A stretch of 64,000 nucleotides of DNA from an uncultured Chlamydiales bacterium (GTDB lineage: Bacteria; Chlamydiota; Chlamydiia; Chlamydiales; Rhabdochlamydiaceae), in contig OY969554.1 in NCBI GenBank assembly GCA_963700985.1, forward strand, positions 1,184,001 to 1,248,000. Direction: 5' to 3'. The stretch's first letter is position 1; every line of letters starts with the position of its first letter. The position numbers were made by a program, and so were the translations under genes. The notes beneath the pieces were generated by a model, which saw only the letters and a program-made list of their open reading frames with translations, did no database searches and was not told the origin of the DNA. This document shows, piece after piece, positions 38,897-48,571 of this stretch.

Positions 38897-39304
38897 TTAA
38901 GCTGACAGCCACTCTTTCTTCGTTCTTCGCGGAGCCTTTTTCACTTTTTTAGGCTCACATCTCTCATTCGGTTTTGGGGCATTTGCAGCTACTTCTTTCT
39001 TAAAGGACTCGAGGAACTCCCAGCTCTCTGGGGTGAAGTTCTTGGGGTCCGATGCATAACTTTCTAGAGTCTCTTTTGTCATTCCCATATCTGAAAGGAG
39101 CGTCTCATATTCTCCTACAATCTCTCTCTGCTGAGCGAGGAACGCTTCTTGAGCTTTCTCTTTCTTCTCTGCAGGGGCTTCTTGCACACCCTTTAAGAGT
39201 TGAAGAGACTCGGCTGAACCTCTCAGGATCTTCTCAAGTTTCGCTACCGTCTGAGGAGAGCTATTGAGTCCTTTCATAAAGGAAACTAGTTTGTTCTGGT
39301 CCAT
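38897..39304 (-). CDS. small chlamydial helical protein, paralog of 39487-39930
   Basis: SDPKNFTPESWEFL and basic tail KKEWLSA; gagg RBS. Confidence 0.6.
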   Translation of the reverse strand: MDQNKLVSFMKGLNSSPQTVAKLEKILRGSAESLQLLKGVQEAPAEKKEKAQEAFLAQQREIVGEYETLLSDMGMTKETLESYASDPKNFTPESWEFLESFKKEVAANAPKPNERCEPKKVKKAPRRTKKEWLSA

Positions 39305-39486
39305 ACTTCCTCGTTTTTATGTTGTTTATATTAGTTTGTATTTCCCTATTATTTATTATAGCATAATATTAATTAATTGCTAACAAAATCTTTACATTAC
39401 AGTAATAGACTCTAAATAAATGAGTTATAAATTAAGAATTATCAAGTAATTGCTTATGTGACTATATTATAAATAGTTATGAAAAA

Positions 39487-39930
39487 CTAACTGCGCATCC
39501 AATCAGCCTTTTTAGGGCCTGAATGGCGCTTATGATGGGGGTGTTTTGAAGAAGTTTGATCGTCTATACTACTGACTTTTAATGCTTTAACCGCTTTCCC
39601 GGCTAATTCATCCAGGGTTGCTCTTGCCCCTTGAAGAAGGAGCCATTGTCCATCTGTAAAGCTTTGAGGATTTGAGACTTGTGTAAAAACCTCAGATTCA
39701 GTTAATTCGGCGGCTTCAAAAAGCTTAGGAGCTTCCAGTTCTAGGAGGGCTGACATCTCTTGCATCTCAGTCAGAAGTTCTGATTTTCTCTCGGCGGATG
39801 CTCCTTCCAGCTCAAGCACGAGCTTTTCAAAGATCGCCAGAATCTCTTTAAAGATCTCATCGGGACGGCCAGCCTTTCCACTCATCTGCGAAAGAAGCTC
39901 AGCTAATCTGCGTACTTGTTCTCCTGCCAT
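39487..39930 (-). CDS. small chlamydial helical protein, paralog of 38897-39304
   Basis: SNPQSFTDGQWLLL and tail KKADWMRS. Confidence 0.6.
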   Translation of the reverse strand: MAGEQVRRLAELLSQMSGKAGRPDEIFKEILAIFEKLVLELEGASAERKSELLTEMQEMSALLELEAPKLFEAAELTESEVFTQVSNPQSFTDGQWLLLQGARATLDELAGKAVKALKVSSIDDQTSSKHPHHKRHSGPKKADWMRS

Positions 39931-39991
39931 AGTTTTAGCTATATACCTAACTCCGGCGATTTGTAAACACCCGAGAGTAAGTGATCAAAAG

Positions 39992-40030
39992 CATTTACAG
40001 GATCCGCTGCGGCAGCGGATCCTGTTTTAC
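39992..40030. repeat. CAGGAT-type palindrome
   Basis: catttacaggatccgctgcggcagcggatcctgt hairpin. Confidence 0.6.
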
Positions 40031-40161
40031 TTCTCGTTCGAACAAGCGCCGGAATTAATCGTAGGGTTTATGATCGATATTTAATTCGGGCACGGGCACG
40101 CACACGGGCACGATAAAGATTAAGCGAGAAAAAGGAATCTCTTGCTCGGCGCATTTTCTTT

Positions 40162-40190
40162 TTGCATTTTTAAGTCCTTCCTTGTTTAAT
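40162..40190 (+). promoter_or_regulatory. candidate sigma66 promoter of the T3SS operon
   Basis: TTGCAT-17 bp-TTTAAT upstream of ATG 40207. Confidence 0.45.
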
Positions 40191-40206
40191 TTTGTGTGAG
40201 GTCGAT

Positions 40207-40641
40207 ATGCCAACTCCAACGATTACAGAACAACATCTTGCGCGTCTTGCATCTGAGCTCGAGCTTAATCCGCTCGCGCCCAAAGACGAGACTAATACTA
40301 TGTATATTGAGTTTGGCCCAGAAATGCGCATCTCAATAAAAGAGATCGATGGCGGCATGCACCTCTTTGCCAAGATTGGCACCCTGCCTAAACAGAAACG
40401 CGAAGAGCTCTTTATCCTCCTCATGAAGGCTAACCTTCTTGGGCAAGGAACCGGAGGAAGCGCGATCGGGCTAGACGCTGAAGAGAAGTTCTTGACACTC
40501 TCTTTAGCTATCCCGTATGACATGAACTATAAGGCTTTTAGGGAAACAATCGAGGATTTTACCAACTTTGTCGACTATTGGCGCACCGAGCTTCTTAGGC
40601 ATGCTCAGGAAGCGGAAAAGAGCCTATTTTCACAGGAATAA
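40207..40641 (+). CDS. scc4: class I T3SS chaperone (CesT family, Scc4/CT663-like)
   Basis: LMKANLLGQGTGGSAIGLD and F..FVDYW motifs; first gene before cdsD. Confidence 0.85.
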   Translation: MPTPTITEQHLARLASELELNPLAPKDETNTMYIEFGPEMRISIKEIDGGMHLFAKIGTLPKQKREELFILLMKANLLGQGTGGSAIGLDAEEKFLTLSLAIPYDMNYKAFRETIEDFTNFVDYWRTELLRHAQEAEKSLFSQE

Positions 40642-40647
40642 CGGATA

Positions 40648-42396
40648 ATGGCTGGCTATCTAATCGCGGAAGAGGGTCCGCTCTCAGGTATCGTACTGCG
40701 TTTTGAAGAGGGAGCAGAGTGGGTCATCGGACGCGACCCCGACGTCACCTCGCTTGTGCTTGAAGACCCGATGGTCTCGCGCAGGCATGTAATCATTCAT
40801 GCAACATCTGAAGGCTACCTTCTAGAAAATCTCAGTTCGGTAAATCCTGCCACGCAAAATGGCATGATTATCACCGATTCTGTCTTGCTCAGCGAAGGCG
40901 ATATCATCCAGATCGGCAGCACCTTTTTTCGTTTCACCACGCATAAACCAGCCTCTCTTGAAGAGGTTACGAGTGAAGACACGCAAGAACCATCAGCTCT
41001 TTTTGAAGAAGGCTTAGAAGATGTAGAAGTCGGCGGAGTCCCAGGTGTACGCTGGCTGATGAAAGTGATCACGGGGCCAAATGCTGGCGCTGAATTTTCG
41101 ATGAAAAAAGGCTCGATCTACTTAATCGGAAAAGATCCTAATCTCTGCGATATTGTCTTTCATGATTTGAGCGTTTCAAGACAACATGCGCGCCTTACCG
41201 TAGATGATCAAGAAAATGTCTTCATTGAAGATATGGGCAGCCGAAATGGCGTTTTAGTCAACGGCGAACCTATATCGGATAAACATCAGATCTCTTCTCA
41301 AGATCTCGTAGCTTTAGGAACAACCACCTTCCTACTGATCGACCGCTTGCAAGTGCGTGAGACGATCATTTCACCTCCTACTGTTGCAGCAGGTAGAGCC
41401 GAAGCTCCAACGACCGAAGAAGCACGCGCTGAAGAATCTGCGGCTGAGCCTGTAACTACTCTTGGGCCAATGAAAGATTGGCGTGAGATGAGAATTTCAC
41501 GGCGCCACCTGATTTTCGGAGGCGTAGGCGTTTTCCTCCTCTTTCTGCTCTTTTTAGGCACCTTCTCTCTATTTAGAGTAGAACCTGTAGTAGTAGTTGA
41601 AAAGCATGAAGGCGAACAGATTCAAGAAGCTCTCAAAGCCTGTCCCGATGTTCAGTTCTCGTTCACGCCAGCGAGCGGCAAACTCTTTTTAGTCGGCCAC
41701 GTGCTTACTAATATTGACAAGCAGGAGCTCATTTATAATATACGCAACCTGCCCTTCATCTCCGAAATCGACGACAATATCGTAGTCGATGAGTATGTCT
41801 GGCAAAATATGAATGCACTGCTGATGACAAATCCAGATTGGCAAGGCATTTCTATTCACTCTCCTACTCCTGGTCGTTTTGTGATGCGCGGCTATCTTGA
41901 GACGCCTGAGCAAGCGATGGCACTATCTGATTACGTCAACGTCAACTTCCCCTACCTCGACAGATTAGATAATCAGGTGGTAGTTGAAGGTAACCTAGCT
42001 ACGCAGATTCAAGCGATGTTGGTTGAAAAAGGCTTTGGAACAGTAGCTTTTCAACTTTCAAACGGCGAGCTGGTTTTAACTGGCAGAGTAGATGAGAAAA
42101 ATAAAGCTTCTTACGACGATGTGGTCAATCATTTGAAAGCGCTGATGGGCGTGCGCTCGGTGAAAAACTTTGTGGTCTTATCCACAGCCGAGTCTTCACG
42201 CGTCGATCTTTCAGATAAATATGCGGTCACGGGAACTTCGAAAAAAGACGCACAAAATTTTTACGTTCTAATCAATGGAAAGATTGTTGGAAAAGGCGAC
42301 CTACTCGATGGGATGACAATTACAAGCGTCCAGCCTAATGTTGTTCTTCTCGAAAAAGATGGATTAAAATTTCGGATTAATTACAATCTGCAATAA
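40648..42396 (+). CDS. cdsD: T3SS inner-membrane ring CdsD/SctD
   Basis: Two FHA domains (IGRDP..VSRRH; IGKDP..VSRQH..GSRNG), TM helix, periplasmic ring domains, LEKDGLKFRINY end. Confidence 0.9.
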   Translation: MAGYLIAEEGPLSGIVLRFEEGAEWVIGRDPDVTSLVLEDPMVSRRHVIIHATSEGYLLENLSSVNPATQNGMIITDSVLLSEGDIIQIGSTFFRFTTHKPASLEEVTSEDTQEPSALFEEGLEDVEVGGVPGVRWLMKVITGPNAGAEFSMKKGSIYLIGKDPNLCDIVFHDLSVSRQHARLTVDDQENVFIEDMGSRNGVLVNGEPISDKHQISSQDLVALGTTTFLLIDRLQVRETIISPPTVAAGRAEAPTTEEARAEESAAEPVTTLGPMKDWREMRISRRHLIFGGVGVFLLFLLFLGTFSLFRVEPVVVVEKHEGEQIQEALKACPDVQFSFTPASGKLFLVGHVLTNIDKQELIYNIRNLPFISEIDDNIVVDEYVWQNMNALLMTNPDWQGISIHSPTPGRFVMRGYLETPEQAMALSDYVNVNFPYLDRLDNQVVVEGNLATQIQAMLVEKGFGTVAFQLSNGELVLTGRVDEKNKASYDDVVNHLKALMGVRSVKNFVVLSTAESSRVDLSDKYAVTGTSKKDAQNFYVLINGKIVGKGDLLDGMTITSVQPNVVLLEKDGLKFRINYNLQ

Positions 42397-42479
42397 CGGG
42401 TGGATCAACCGTTCACGATGGATAGCTGAGTGATGTATTTCGAGCATTCTCGTGAAGGGTTAAAACAGGAGCTCACACA

Positions 42480-42716
42480 ATGTACGGTTTAGAAAAAAAA
42501 GCTAAGGCTACTTTCGAATTCGATCTCGAAAAAGATTTAAAGAGCGATCCGACAAAAGTGCACAAGCTCATTAAAACTGTGGAAGAGAAAATTCAAGAGA
42601 TCAAAGGAAAGCTGCGTCAAGGTTCTGCATCTGCGGAGTTCGATAATTTTGGAGTTTTACTCCATGGCTACGCTGCGCTCCAACGCGTATTAAATAGAAT
42701 TGCAACGAAGAAATAG
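42480..42716 (+). CDS. cdsE: needle chaperone CdsE
   Basis: FEFDLEKDL, LLHGYAALQRVL; synteny. Confidence 0.8.
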   Translation: MYGLEKKAKATFEFDLEKDLKSDPTKVHKLIKTVEEKIQEIKGKLRQGSASAEFDNFGVLLHGYAALQRVLNRIATKK

Positions 42717-42728
42717 GAGAATAATATT

Positions 42729-42992
42729 ATGGGTGGATCGATTAGCCATTCCCCGTGGTCTGGAACAATTAGTTTTGCAACGCTGATTAAGGCTTACATT
42801 GCATTACAGAGTAAAGTTGTCTCTGCTGTTAAGAACGTTGCTAGCCGTATTTCGCAAGCAACTCCTGGTAAATTCCTGCTCTTACAATTTCAAATGAGCC
42901 AGGTAACGCAGATCGGCGATTCAATTTCAAACTTGATTAGTCAGGTGCAAACTGTGATCAACAACGCAGTTCGTAACCAGAAGTCAGGATAA
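42729..42992 (+). CDS. cdsF: needle subunit CdsF/SctF
   Basis: LQFQMSQVTQIGDSISNLISQVQTVINNAVRNQK; synteny. Confidence 0.8.
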   Translation: MGGSISHSPWSGTISFATLIKAYIALQSKVVSAVKNVASRISQATPGKFLLLQFQMSQVTQIGDSISNLISQVQTVINNAVRNQKSG

Positions 42993-43030
42993 GTTTTATT
43001 ATTGTTTATTTTTAGCAGAGGATTTAGCCC

Positions 43031-43486
43031 ATGCCGCAGCTCGATAAGTACAAAGATCAGTTCCTCCTTCTAGTTGAGGCTGGCTTCATCGCCGTTAACC
43101 AAGCTGATGAAGACGCTGCCGTAAAACTTTTTCGTGCGTCTGAACTTCTCAACCCTGAGAACACGCTTCCTAAAGTTGGCTTGGGCTACATGCATCTATG
43201 CAAGCTCGAACTGAAACAAGCTTGCAAACTCTTTGACGAGGTACTTGCAAAAGAGCCTCAGAACGAGATGGCCAAAGCATTTTTGGGCTTAAGCCTTTCT
43301 CTCACACCAAACGAAGTATCAAAAGGCGAGAAAATCTTAGAAGAAGTTGCGCAAAAAGGGAAAGACCAAGGGGTCAAAACTCTGGCCACAACTGCAATTG
43401 ATTTTGTCGAGCGTTTTGTGAAAAAAGCTCCGGGCCACATGCAACCTCCTCCTGCCAAAGAAAAACCAAAGAAAAAAGCAAAGTAG
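43031..43486 (+). CDS. cdsG: TPR needle chaperone CdsG
   Basis: LLVEAGFIAVNQADED, TPR-like helices; synteny. Confidence 0.85.
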   Translation: MPQLDKYKDQFLLLVEAGFIAVNQADEDAAVKLFRASELLNPENTLPKVGLGYMHLCKLELKQACKLFDEVLAKEPQNEMAKAFLGLSLSLTPNEVSKGEKILEEVAQKGKDQGVKTLATTAIDFVERFVKKAPGHMQPPPAKEKPKKKAK

Positions 43487-43524
43487 ACCGCAAAATACAT
43501 TTTCTGAAGAGGTCTAAATAGGCA

Positions 43525-44178
43525 ATGGCAGCAAAAAGTCCCATGGATGAAGTCCCTCGCTCGTCGCGCATCGATCAAACGGCGCGCATTGGCGAAGATC
43601 GCCATATTGGCGAACCTGCGCAACCATTTTCTTCCTATATGGAAGAATCTAAAAATGCGACGCTCGGTGGTCCTGCAAAAACATCGCTCTCCTCCCCTTT
43701 TGAGATTGCAGCTGGACAGACGGTTCTTCCCGCTACACCAACTGTAGATACCCTGCGCACTCAGGTGGTTAACGCTCAGTCCACCCTAGGCGATGTGAAT
43801 AGCTACCTCACAAACAAAGATTTGAAGCTCAAGCAATCGAGCAAATACCTCTTAAAAAATAAGCTCCAAGACTCGAATACGCATATCCGTACAGCTGCGA
43901 CGCGTCTGGGTGCAAATGTGCCTCAAGAAGAGGCGATCTCCGCTGGCGGAGGTCCTATTTCTCGTTTTATTGGCATGGTGACGAACGGTCAAAACATGCT
44001 GCATTCTGCTAAGCAGCGCCTGACTCAGATAAAAGACCAGGGCGATAACATGAAGCCTGCGGATTTCTTACTCGTTCAAGTGCAATTAAACCTCGCACAG
44101 CAGAGCTTGGAATACTCCTCAGTTGTGCTCAGTAAGGCGATGGACGACGTCAAGCAGATGATGAACATACAGCTTTAA
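43525..44178 (+). CDS. CT668-like T3SS protein, inner-rod (SctI)-like C-terminus
   Basis: Between cdsG and cdsN; PADFLLVQVQLNLAQQSLEYSSVVLSKAMDDVKQMMNIQL. Confidence 0.7.
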   Translation: MAAKSPMDEVPRSSRIDQTARIGEDRHIGEPAQPFSSYMEESKNATLGGPAKTSLSSPFEIAAGQTVLPATPTVDTLRTQVVNAQSTLGDVNSYLTNKDLKLKQSSKYLLKNKLQDSNTHIRTAATRLGANVPQEEAISAGGGPISRFIGMVTNGQNMLHSAKQRLTQIKDQGDNMKPADFLLVQVQLNLAQQSLEYSSVVLSKAMDDVKQMMNIQL

Positions 44179-44207
44179 TTTAACTTCTTCTACTACCGGG
44201 TAGGTTA

Positions 44208-45527
44208 ATGGATCCTAATCCAGAATTTGCCAAATTAATCTCCGACCTCGAAGAGGTCGAACTCACCTCAGTTCATGGTCGCATCACCGAAGTGGTTGGC
44301 ATGCTTATCAAAGCTGTCATTCCTCAGGTGTCGATGGGTGAAGTGTGCGTCATCAAACGCGCTGGCATGGAACCTCTCTTTGCTGAAGTGGTCGGTTTTA
44401 CGCGTGAAGAGGCCTACCTCTCTCCTCTTGGTGATATGGCCGGCATCGGCCCTTCTTCAGAGGTAATTCCGCTCAAAATGCCACTGCATGTCAAAATCGG
44501 CCCGCAAGTTTTAGGCCGCGTGCTAGATGGACTTGGACGTCCTTTGGATGTCGATACAAAAGGTCCGCTTGAGCTCGATGAGACCTTTCCAATTATTAAC
44601 ACTCCCCCGGATCCATTAAAACGCGCCTTAATCACCGAGCCTCTTTCCGTAGGCGTGCGTGCAATCGATGGTATTTTGACCTGTGGTAAGGGTCAGAGAA
44701 TGGGCATTTTCTCAAGCGCGGGTGTGGGTAAATCGACGCTGCTTGGAATGATCGCGCGTAATGCCAAAGCCGACGTCAATGTGATTGCGCTCATCGGCGA
44801 GAGGGGTCGTGAGGTGCGTGAATTCCTCATCAACGATCTTGGCGAAGAGGGCATGAAACGTTCGGTGATCGTTGTTTCTACTTCTGATCAACCAGCTCAG
44901 CTACGTCTCAATGCGGCTTACGTGGGCACTGCTATCGCAGAATATTTCCGCGATCAGGGTAAAACTGTTATTTTGATGATGGATTCAGTGACACGCTTTG
45001 CGCGTGCGCTGCGAGAGATCGGACTTGCAGCCGGTGAACCCCCAGCCCGTGCAGGCTTTACACCTTCCGTATTCGCTACTCTGCCAAAACTTCTTGAGCG
45101 CTCTGGCAACTCTGAAAAAGGCTCGATTACGGCCTTTTACACGGTGCTGGTTGCCGGCGATGATATGAATGAACCGGTCTCGGATGAGACGCGCTCGATC
45201 TTAGACGGTCACATCATTCTTTCTACCGATCTAGCTCAGCAATATCATTATCCCGCGATCGATGTCCTCGCTTCCATCAGTCGTATCCTCACCCACATTG
45301 TCGATAAAGAACATCTCCAGTTTATTGGCAAGGTGCGTGAAGTCTTAGCCAACTATAAAAAGAATGAACTTTTGATCCGCATTGGTGAATACAAACCTGG
45401 TTCCGATAAAGGCGCAGACTTTGCGATTAAATATATCGACAAAGTCAATCGCTTCCTCAAGCAGCAAGTCGATGAGAAATCCTCTTTCGAAGAGACCTTG
45501 CAGCAGTTAAAAGCCCTGTTTAAATAA
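44208..45527 (+). CDS. cdsN: T3SS ATPase CdsN/SctN
   Basis: [35 protein letters not shown]. Confidence 0.96.
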   Translation: MDPNPEFAKLISDLEEVELTSVHGRITEVVGMLIKAVIPQVSMGEVCVIKRAGMEPLFAEVVGFTREEAYLSPLGDMAGIGPSSEVIPLKMPLHVKIGPQVLGRVLDGLGRPLDVDTKGPLELDETFPIINTPPDPLKRALITEPLSVGVRAIDGILTCGKGQRMGIFSSAGVGKSTLLGMIARNAKADVNVIALIGERGREVREFLINDLGEEGMKRSVIVVSTSDQPAQLRLNAAYVGTAIAEYFRDQGKTVILMMDSVTRFARALREIGLAAGEPPARAGFTPSVFATLPKLLERSGNSEKGSITAFYTVLVAGDDMNEPVSDETRSILDGHIILSTDLAQQYHYPAIDVLASISRILTHIVDKEHLQFIGKVREVLANYKKNELLIRIGEYKPGSDKGADFAIKYIDKVNRFLKQQVDEKSSFEETLQQLKALFK

Positions 45528-45539
45528 GAAAGGTATGTT

Positions 45540-46070
45540 GTGGCAGAGCCAGAGTACCCTCTTGAACAACTAGTCATCATCAAACAAAAGAAACTTGAAG
45601 AAGCAGAGAAAGTTCTGCGTGAGAAGAAAATTGCACTTCTCAAAGAAGAGGAAAAACTGGCAAAAGTAGAAGAGGAGCGGGATCGAGTTAAAGATCATAG
45701 ATACGCCAAGCTCACGCAGTTAAGGGAAAAGTTAGACGAAGGGACCACGAGCGATAAAGTCGTGCAGATGCGTCACTACCTTAAAGTTGTAGATGAACAA
45801 CTTAAGCAGAAAGAGCAGAAAGTAAAAGAGCAGGCAAAAAACGTCGAAGCGGCTCAAAAGCTGGTGGAAGTGGCCCGAGAGGACATGATCAAAAAACAGC
45901 ATGACGTGGAAAAGCTCGTGATCCACCGCAAAGAATGGGACAAAGAGATGAAGCTCGAAATGGATCGGAAAGAATCCTTGGAAGGCGACGAAATGGGTTC
46001 GGCAATGCACTCAAACCGCAAGCGCGAAAGCAAACGTAAAAAGGCCGCCTCAGACAGGAAAAAGAGATAA
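45540..46070 (+). CDS. cdsO: stalk protein CdsO/SctO
   Basis: YPLEQL, charged coiled coil, DEMG; follows the ATPase. Confidence 0.85.
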   Translation: MAEPEYPLEQLVIIKQKKLEEAEKVLREKKIALLKEEEKLAKVEEERDRVKDHRYAKLTQLREKLDEGTTSDKVVQMRHYLKVVDEQLKQKEQKVKEQAKNVEAAQKLVEVAREDMIKKQHDVEKLVIHRKEWDKEMKLEMDRKESLEGDEMGSAMHSNRKRESKRKKAASDRKKR

Positions 46071-46072
46071 TT

Positions 46073-47341
46073 ATGGCAGAAATTAGCCGCATACCAGGTC
46101 CGAGTGGATCGCAAGACTCTGGCAAAGACAAAAGAATTGCCGATGCGCAAAAATTTAAAGAGCTGATGAAGCCGCATAAAGTCGGCGAAGTCGATGAAGA
46201 TCAGAAAAAGAAGCGCAAACGCAAAGATGAGGCCGAAGCAGAAGCGGAGGCCGACACTGAAGGCGCAATTTCTGCTCAACCTGATAAGTCCACTTCAAAG
46301 ATTGCACCTTTTACGTCGGAAGGAACTGAAAAAGTTGGCGGCCCGATGAAAGCGCAACCGGGCGCGGCGCCTTCTGCGCCTAAATCCATGGCCCCATCTA
46401 ACGGACCTCTGAGCACTCCTGCCGAAGATGAATCTTTTATGAGCACTCTCCCAGCCTCGGCTCCACGAGAAGCGGGTCCAGCTTTACCGAAAAGTCCGAC
46501 TACCTCGGCCATACCAGAACCCGAAGCTGTCGAATCTGATAGCGAGGTAACGGAAAAAAGACAGCTTTATAAGACCCGAGAAAAAGAAGTTGAAGCTAAG
46601 CAAAAACAAGCTAAAACTTACAAAGAAGTTGAAAAAAGCCTAGAGCAGGCGGCCACAAAAGAAGAAGCTGTCTCACGCAAAGAAAAAGAGCAAATTAAGA
46701 AAATTGAAACAGTTAATCGCAACGAGGAAAATAACGCCTTTTCCCAAGAGGTTAATCGTGAGCAGAGAGAACGTCAAGAGGAAGCCGGACAAGTAGTGGG
46801 GGGTAGCGCAAATGCCGGTGCGGCGATTCCTGGCGGGAAAAAAACTGGCAAAGGTGACGGAAAAATCGAAGAGATCCAAGGAGGGACAAGTCCCACTTCT
46901 CCAGAAGGTTTGCGACCAGGGGGAGCCGGACAAACCGCAGAAACAGCGCCTGCAGCTTACACCTATTTACACCCTCAAGTCCTCGATCTTTTTGAGCGCA
47001 TGGTCGGTGTAGTGACTGTTATGTCCGATGCCGGAATCACGCAAACCACCGTGACTTTATCTAATCCTGAGTATGCAAAATCCGCTTTCTTTGGCGCTCA
47101 GATTATTATTACGGAATACGCCTCGGCGCAGAAGTCTTTTAACATTCAGATCGTTGCCAGCCCACAAGGGGTTGCACTTTTTCATGCAAACGTCGATGAT
47201 CTTGTCGCGGCGTTCCAAAATGGAAAGTACAATTTCAAGATCAATCGCATTGAGGCCTCTCTGGCTGCCGAAAAGCCGCTCTTCCATAGAAAGGAAGGAG
47301 CAGGTAGAGATGAGGAAGGACAGGGCGGGCGCAAAAGGTAA
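46073..47341 (+). CDS. cdsP: needle ruler / substrate switch CdsP/SctP
   Basis: Long low-complexity region plus C-terminal T3S4-like domain (SAFFGAQIII); synteny. Confidence 0.7.
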   Translation: MAEISRIPGPSGSQDSGKDKRIADAQKFKELMKPHKVGEVDEDQKKKRKRKDEAEAEAEADTEGAISAQPDKSTSKIAPFTSEGTEKVGGPMKAQPGAAPSAPKSMAPSNGPLSTPAEDESFMSTLPASAPREAGPALPKSPTTSAIPEPEAVESDSEVTEKRQLYKTREKEVEAKQKQAKTYKEVEKSLEQAATKEEAVSRKEKEQIKKIETVNRNEENNAFSQEVNREQRERQEEAGQVVGGSANAGAAIPGGKKTGKGDGKIEEIQGGTSPTSPEGLRPGGAGQTAETAPAAYTYLHPQVLDLFERMVGVVTVMSDAGITQTTVTLSNPEYAKSAFFGAQIIITEYASAQKSFNIQIVASPQGVALFHANVDDLVAAFQNGKYNFKINRIEASLAAEKPLFHRKEGAGRDEEGQGGRKR

Positions 47342-47344
47342 AAA

Positions 47345-48571
47345 ATGTCAGTTGAAAGCACACCTTGGATTAAAAAAATTGAAGAAGCCATCGAAGGAGC
47401 AAACCTCATTCCACTTTGGGGATCGCCTCCTGCTTTCCCATGGAAAGAATTTTCCAGCGCGCTTTCAGAAGCTTTGGATCTAACTGATCTCAAAATAAAG
47501 ATTGAAAAGACCGAATGGAAAAAAGCGGAAAACTTTCTCGTGGGCCTGGGACAAAAACCGCACCTCAGCAGCCTAGAGCTCGCCCCTCTTTCCGAAACAG
47601 CCTTTATAGGTATTTCATCTGAAGATTTAGAAAAGCTCACAGCTGCTTGTCTAACAAAAGCTCAAGATCAACGCGGTTTTTCACATCCAGATTTTCAAGA
47701 TGGATTTTTCCATTTCCTTCTCTTAGAAGCCTTAAATGCGTCTGATCAACTCAAGTGTTTTTCTGATCTGACAGCAAAATTAGGTAAGCCCGCATCTTTA
47801 CATAATGAAGAGGGTGGATATTGCTATGACATCCGCATCAATTTAAATGATCAGCTGGTGCGCATGCGCCTCATCTGTCCTTCAGCCTTTCATCAGGCGT
47901 TTCGCTCGCACTTCTCTCTTCACAAGCCCGATCTTACTAAAAGCCCACTAGCCCACGAGTTGATTCTGCCGATTCATATGGAGATCGGATCTACTAGTCT
48001 CGATTTAAAGAAATGGAAGGGCGTAAGCATTGGCGATCTGGTTATTCTAGACCGATGCAGTTTCGATCCGCTTCTGCATAAAGGTAGTGTGACGCTTGCA
48101 CTTGGTAAAACACCTCTTTTCCGCGGCCGTCTTAAAGAGGGCCATCTCAAAATACTCGATTATGCATTCTACTATGAGGAAAGCATGTCCCCTTCAGATG
48201 ATGAAAAAGAGGAGTTCGAGCAGCTCCCCGAAGAAGAAAATAATGCTCCCACTGAGAAATCCGAAGAACCAGAACTAGAACCTGAAGCTGAAGAGAATCA
48301 TCTCTGGGAGCCTAAAGAGAACCAAGATGACTCAATAGAAAAACTGCTCTCCGCTCAAATGATTCCGCTTACCTTGACCGTAGAAATTGGCAGGCTGACA
48401 TTAAGCTTAGAAAAATTGATGCAGATGAAACCAGGCAATCTGTTGGAGCTGGGCCAAAGCGCAGATCAAGGTGTGCATCTTACACTTCAAGGCAAACGTG
48501 TGGCGCGTGGAGAACTGGTTAAAATCGGCGATCTAATTGGCGTGAGAATTCTCGAACTTCCCGAAGTCTAA
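47345..48571 (+). CDS. cdsQ: cytoplasmic ring CdsQ/SctQ
   Basis: Two SpoA domains; LTVEIGRL..MKPGNLLEL..VARGELVKIGDLIGVRI. Confidence 0.9.
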   Translation: MSVESTPWIKKIEEAIEGANLIPLWGSPPAFPWKEFSSALSEALDLTDLKIKIEKTEWKKAENFLVGLGQKPHLSSLELAPLSETAFIGISSEDLEKLTAACLTKAQDQRGFSHPDFQDGFFHFLLLEALNASDQLKCFSDLTAKLGKPASLHNEEGGYCYDIRINLNDQLVRMRLICPSAFHQAFRSHFSLHKPDLTKSPLAHELILPIHMEIGSTSLDLKKWKGVSIGDLVILDRCSFDPLLHKGSVTLALGKTPLFRGRLKEGHLKILDYAFYYEESMSPSDDEKEEFEQLPEEENNAPTEKSEEPELEPEAEENHLWEPKENQDDSIEKLLSAQMIPLTLTVEIGRLTLSLEKLMQMKPGNLLELGQSADQGVHLTLQGKRVARGELVKIGDLIGVRILELPEV

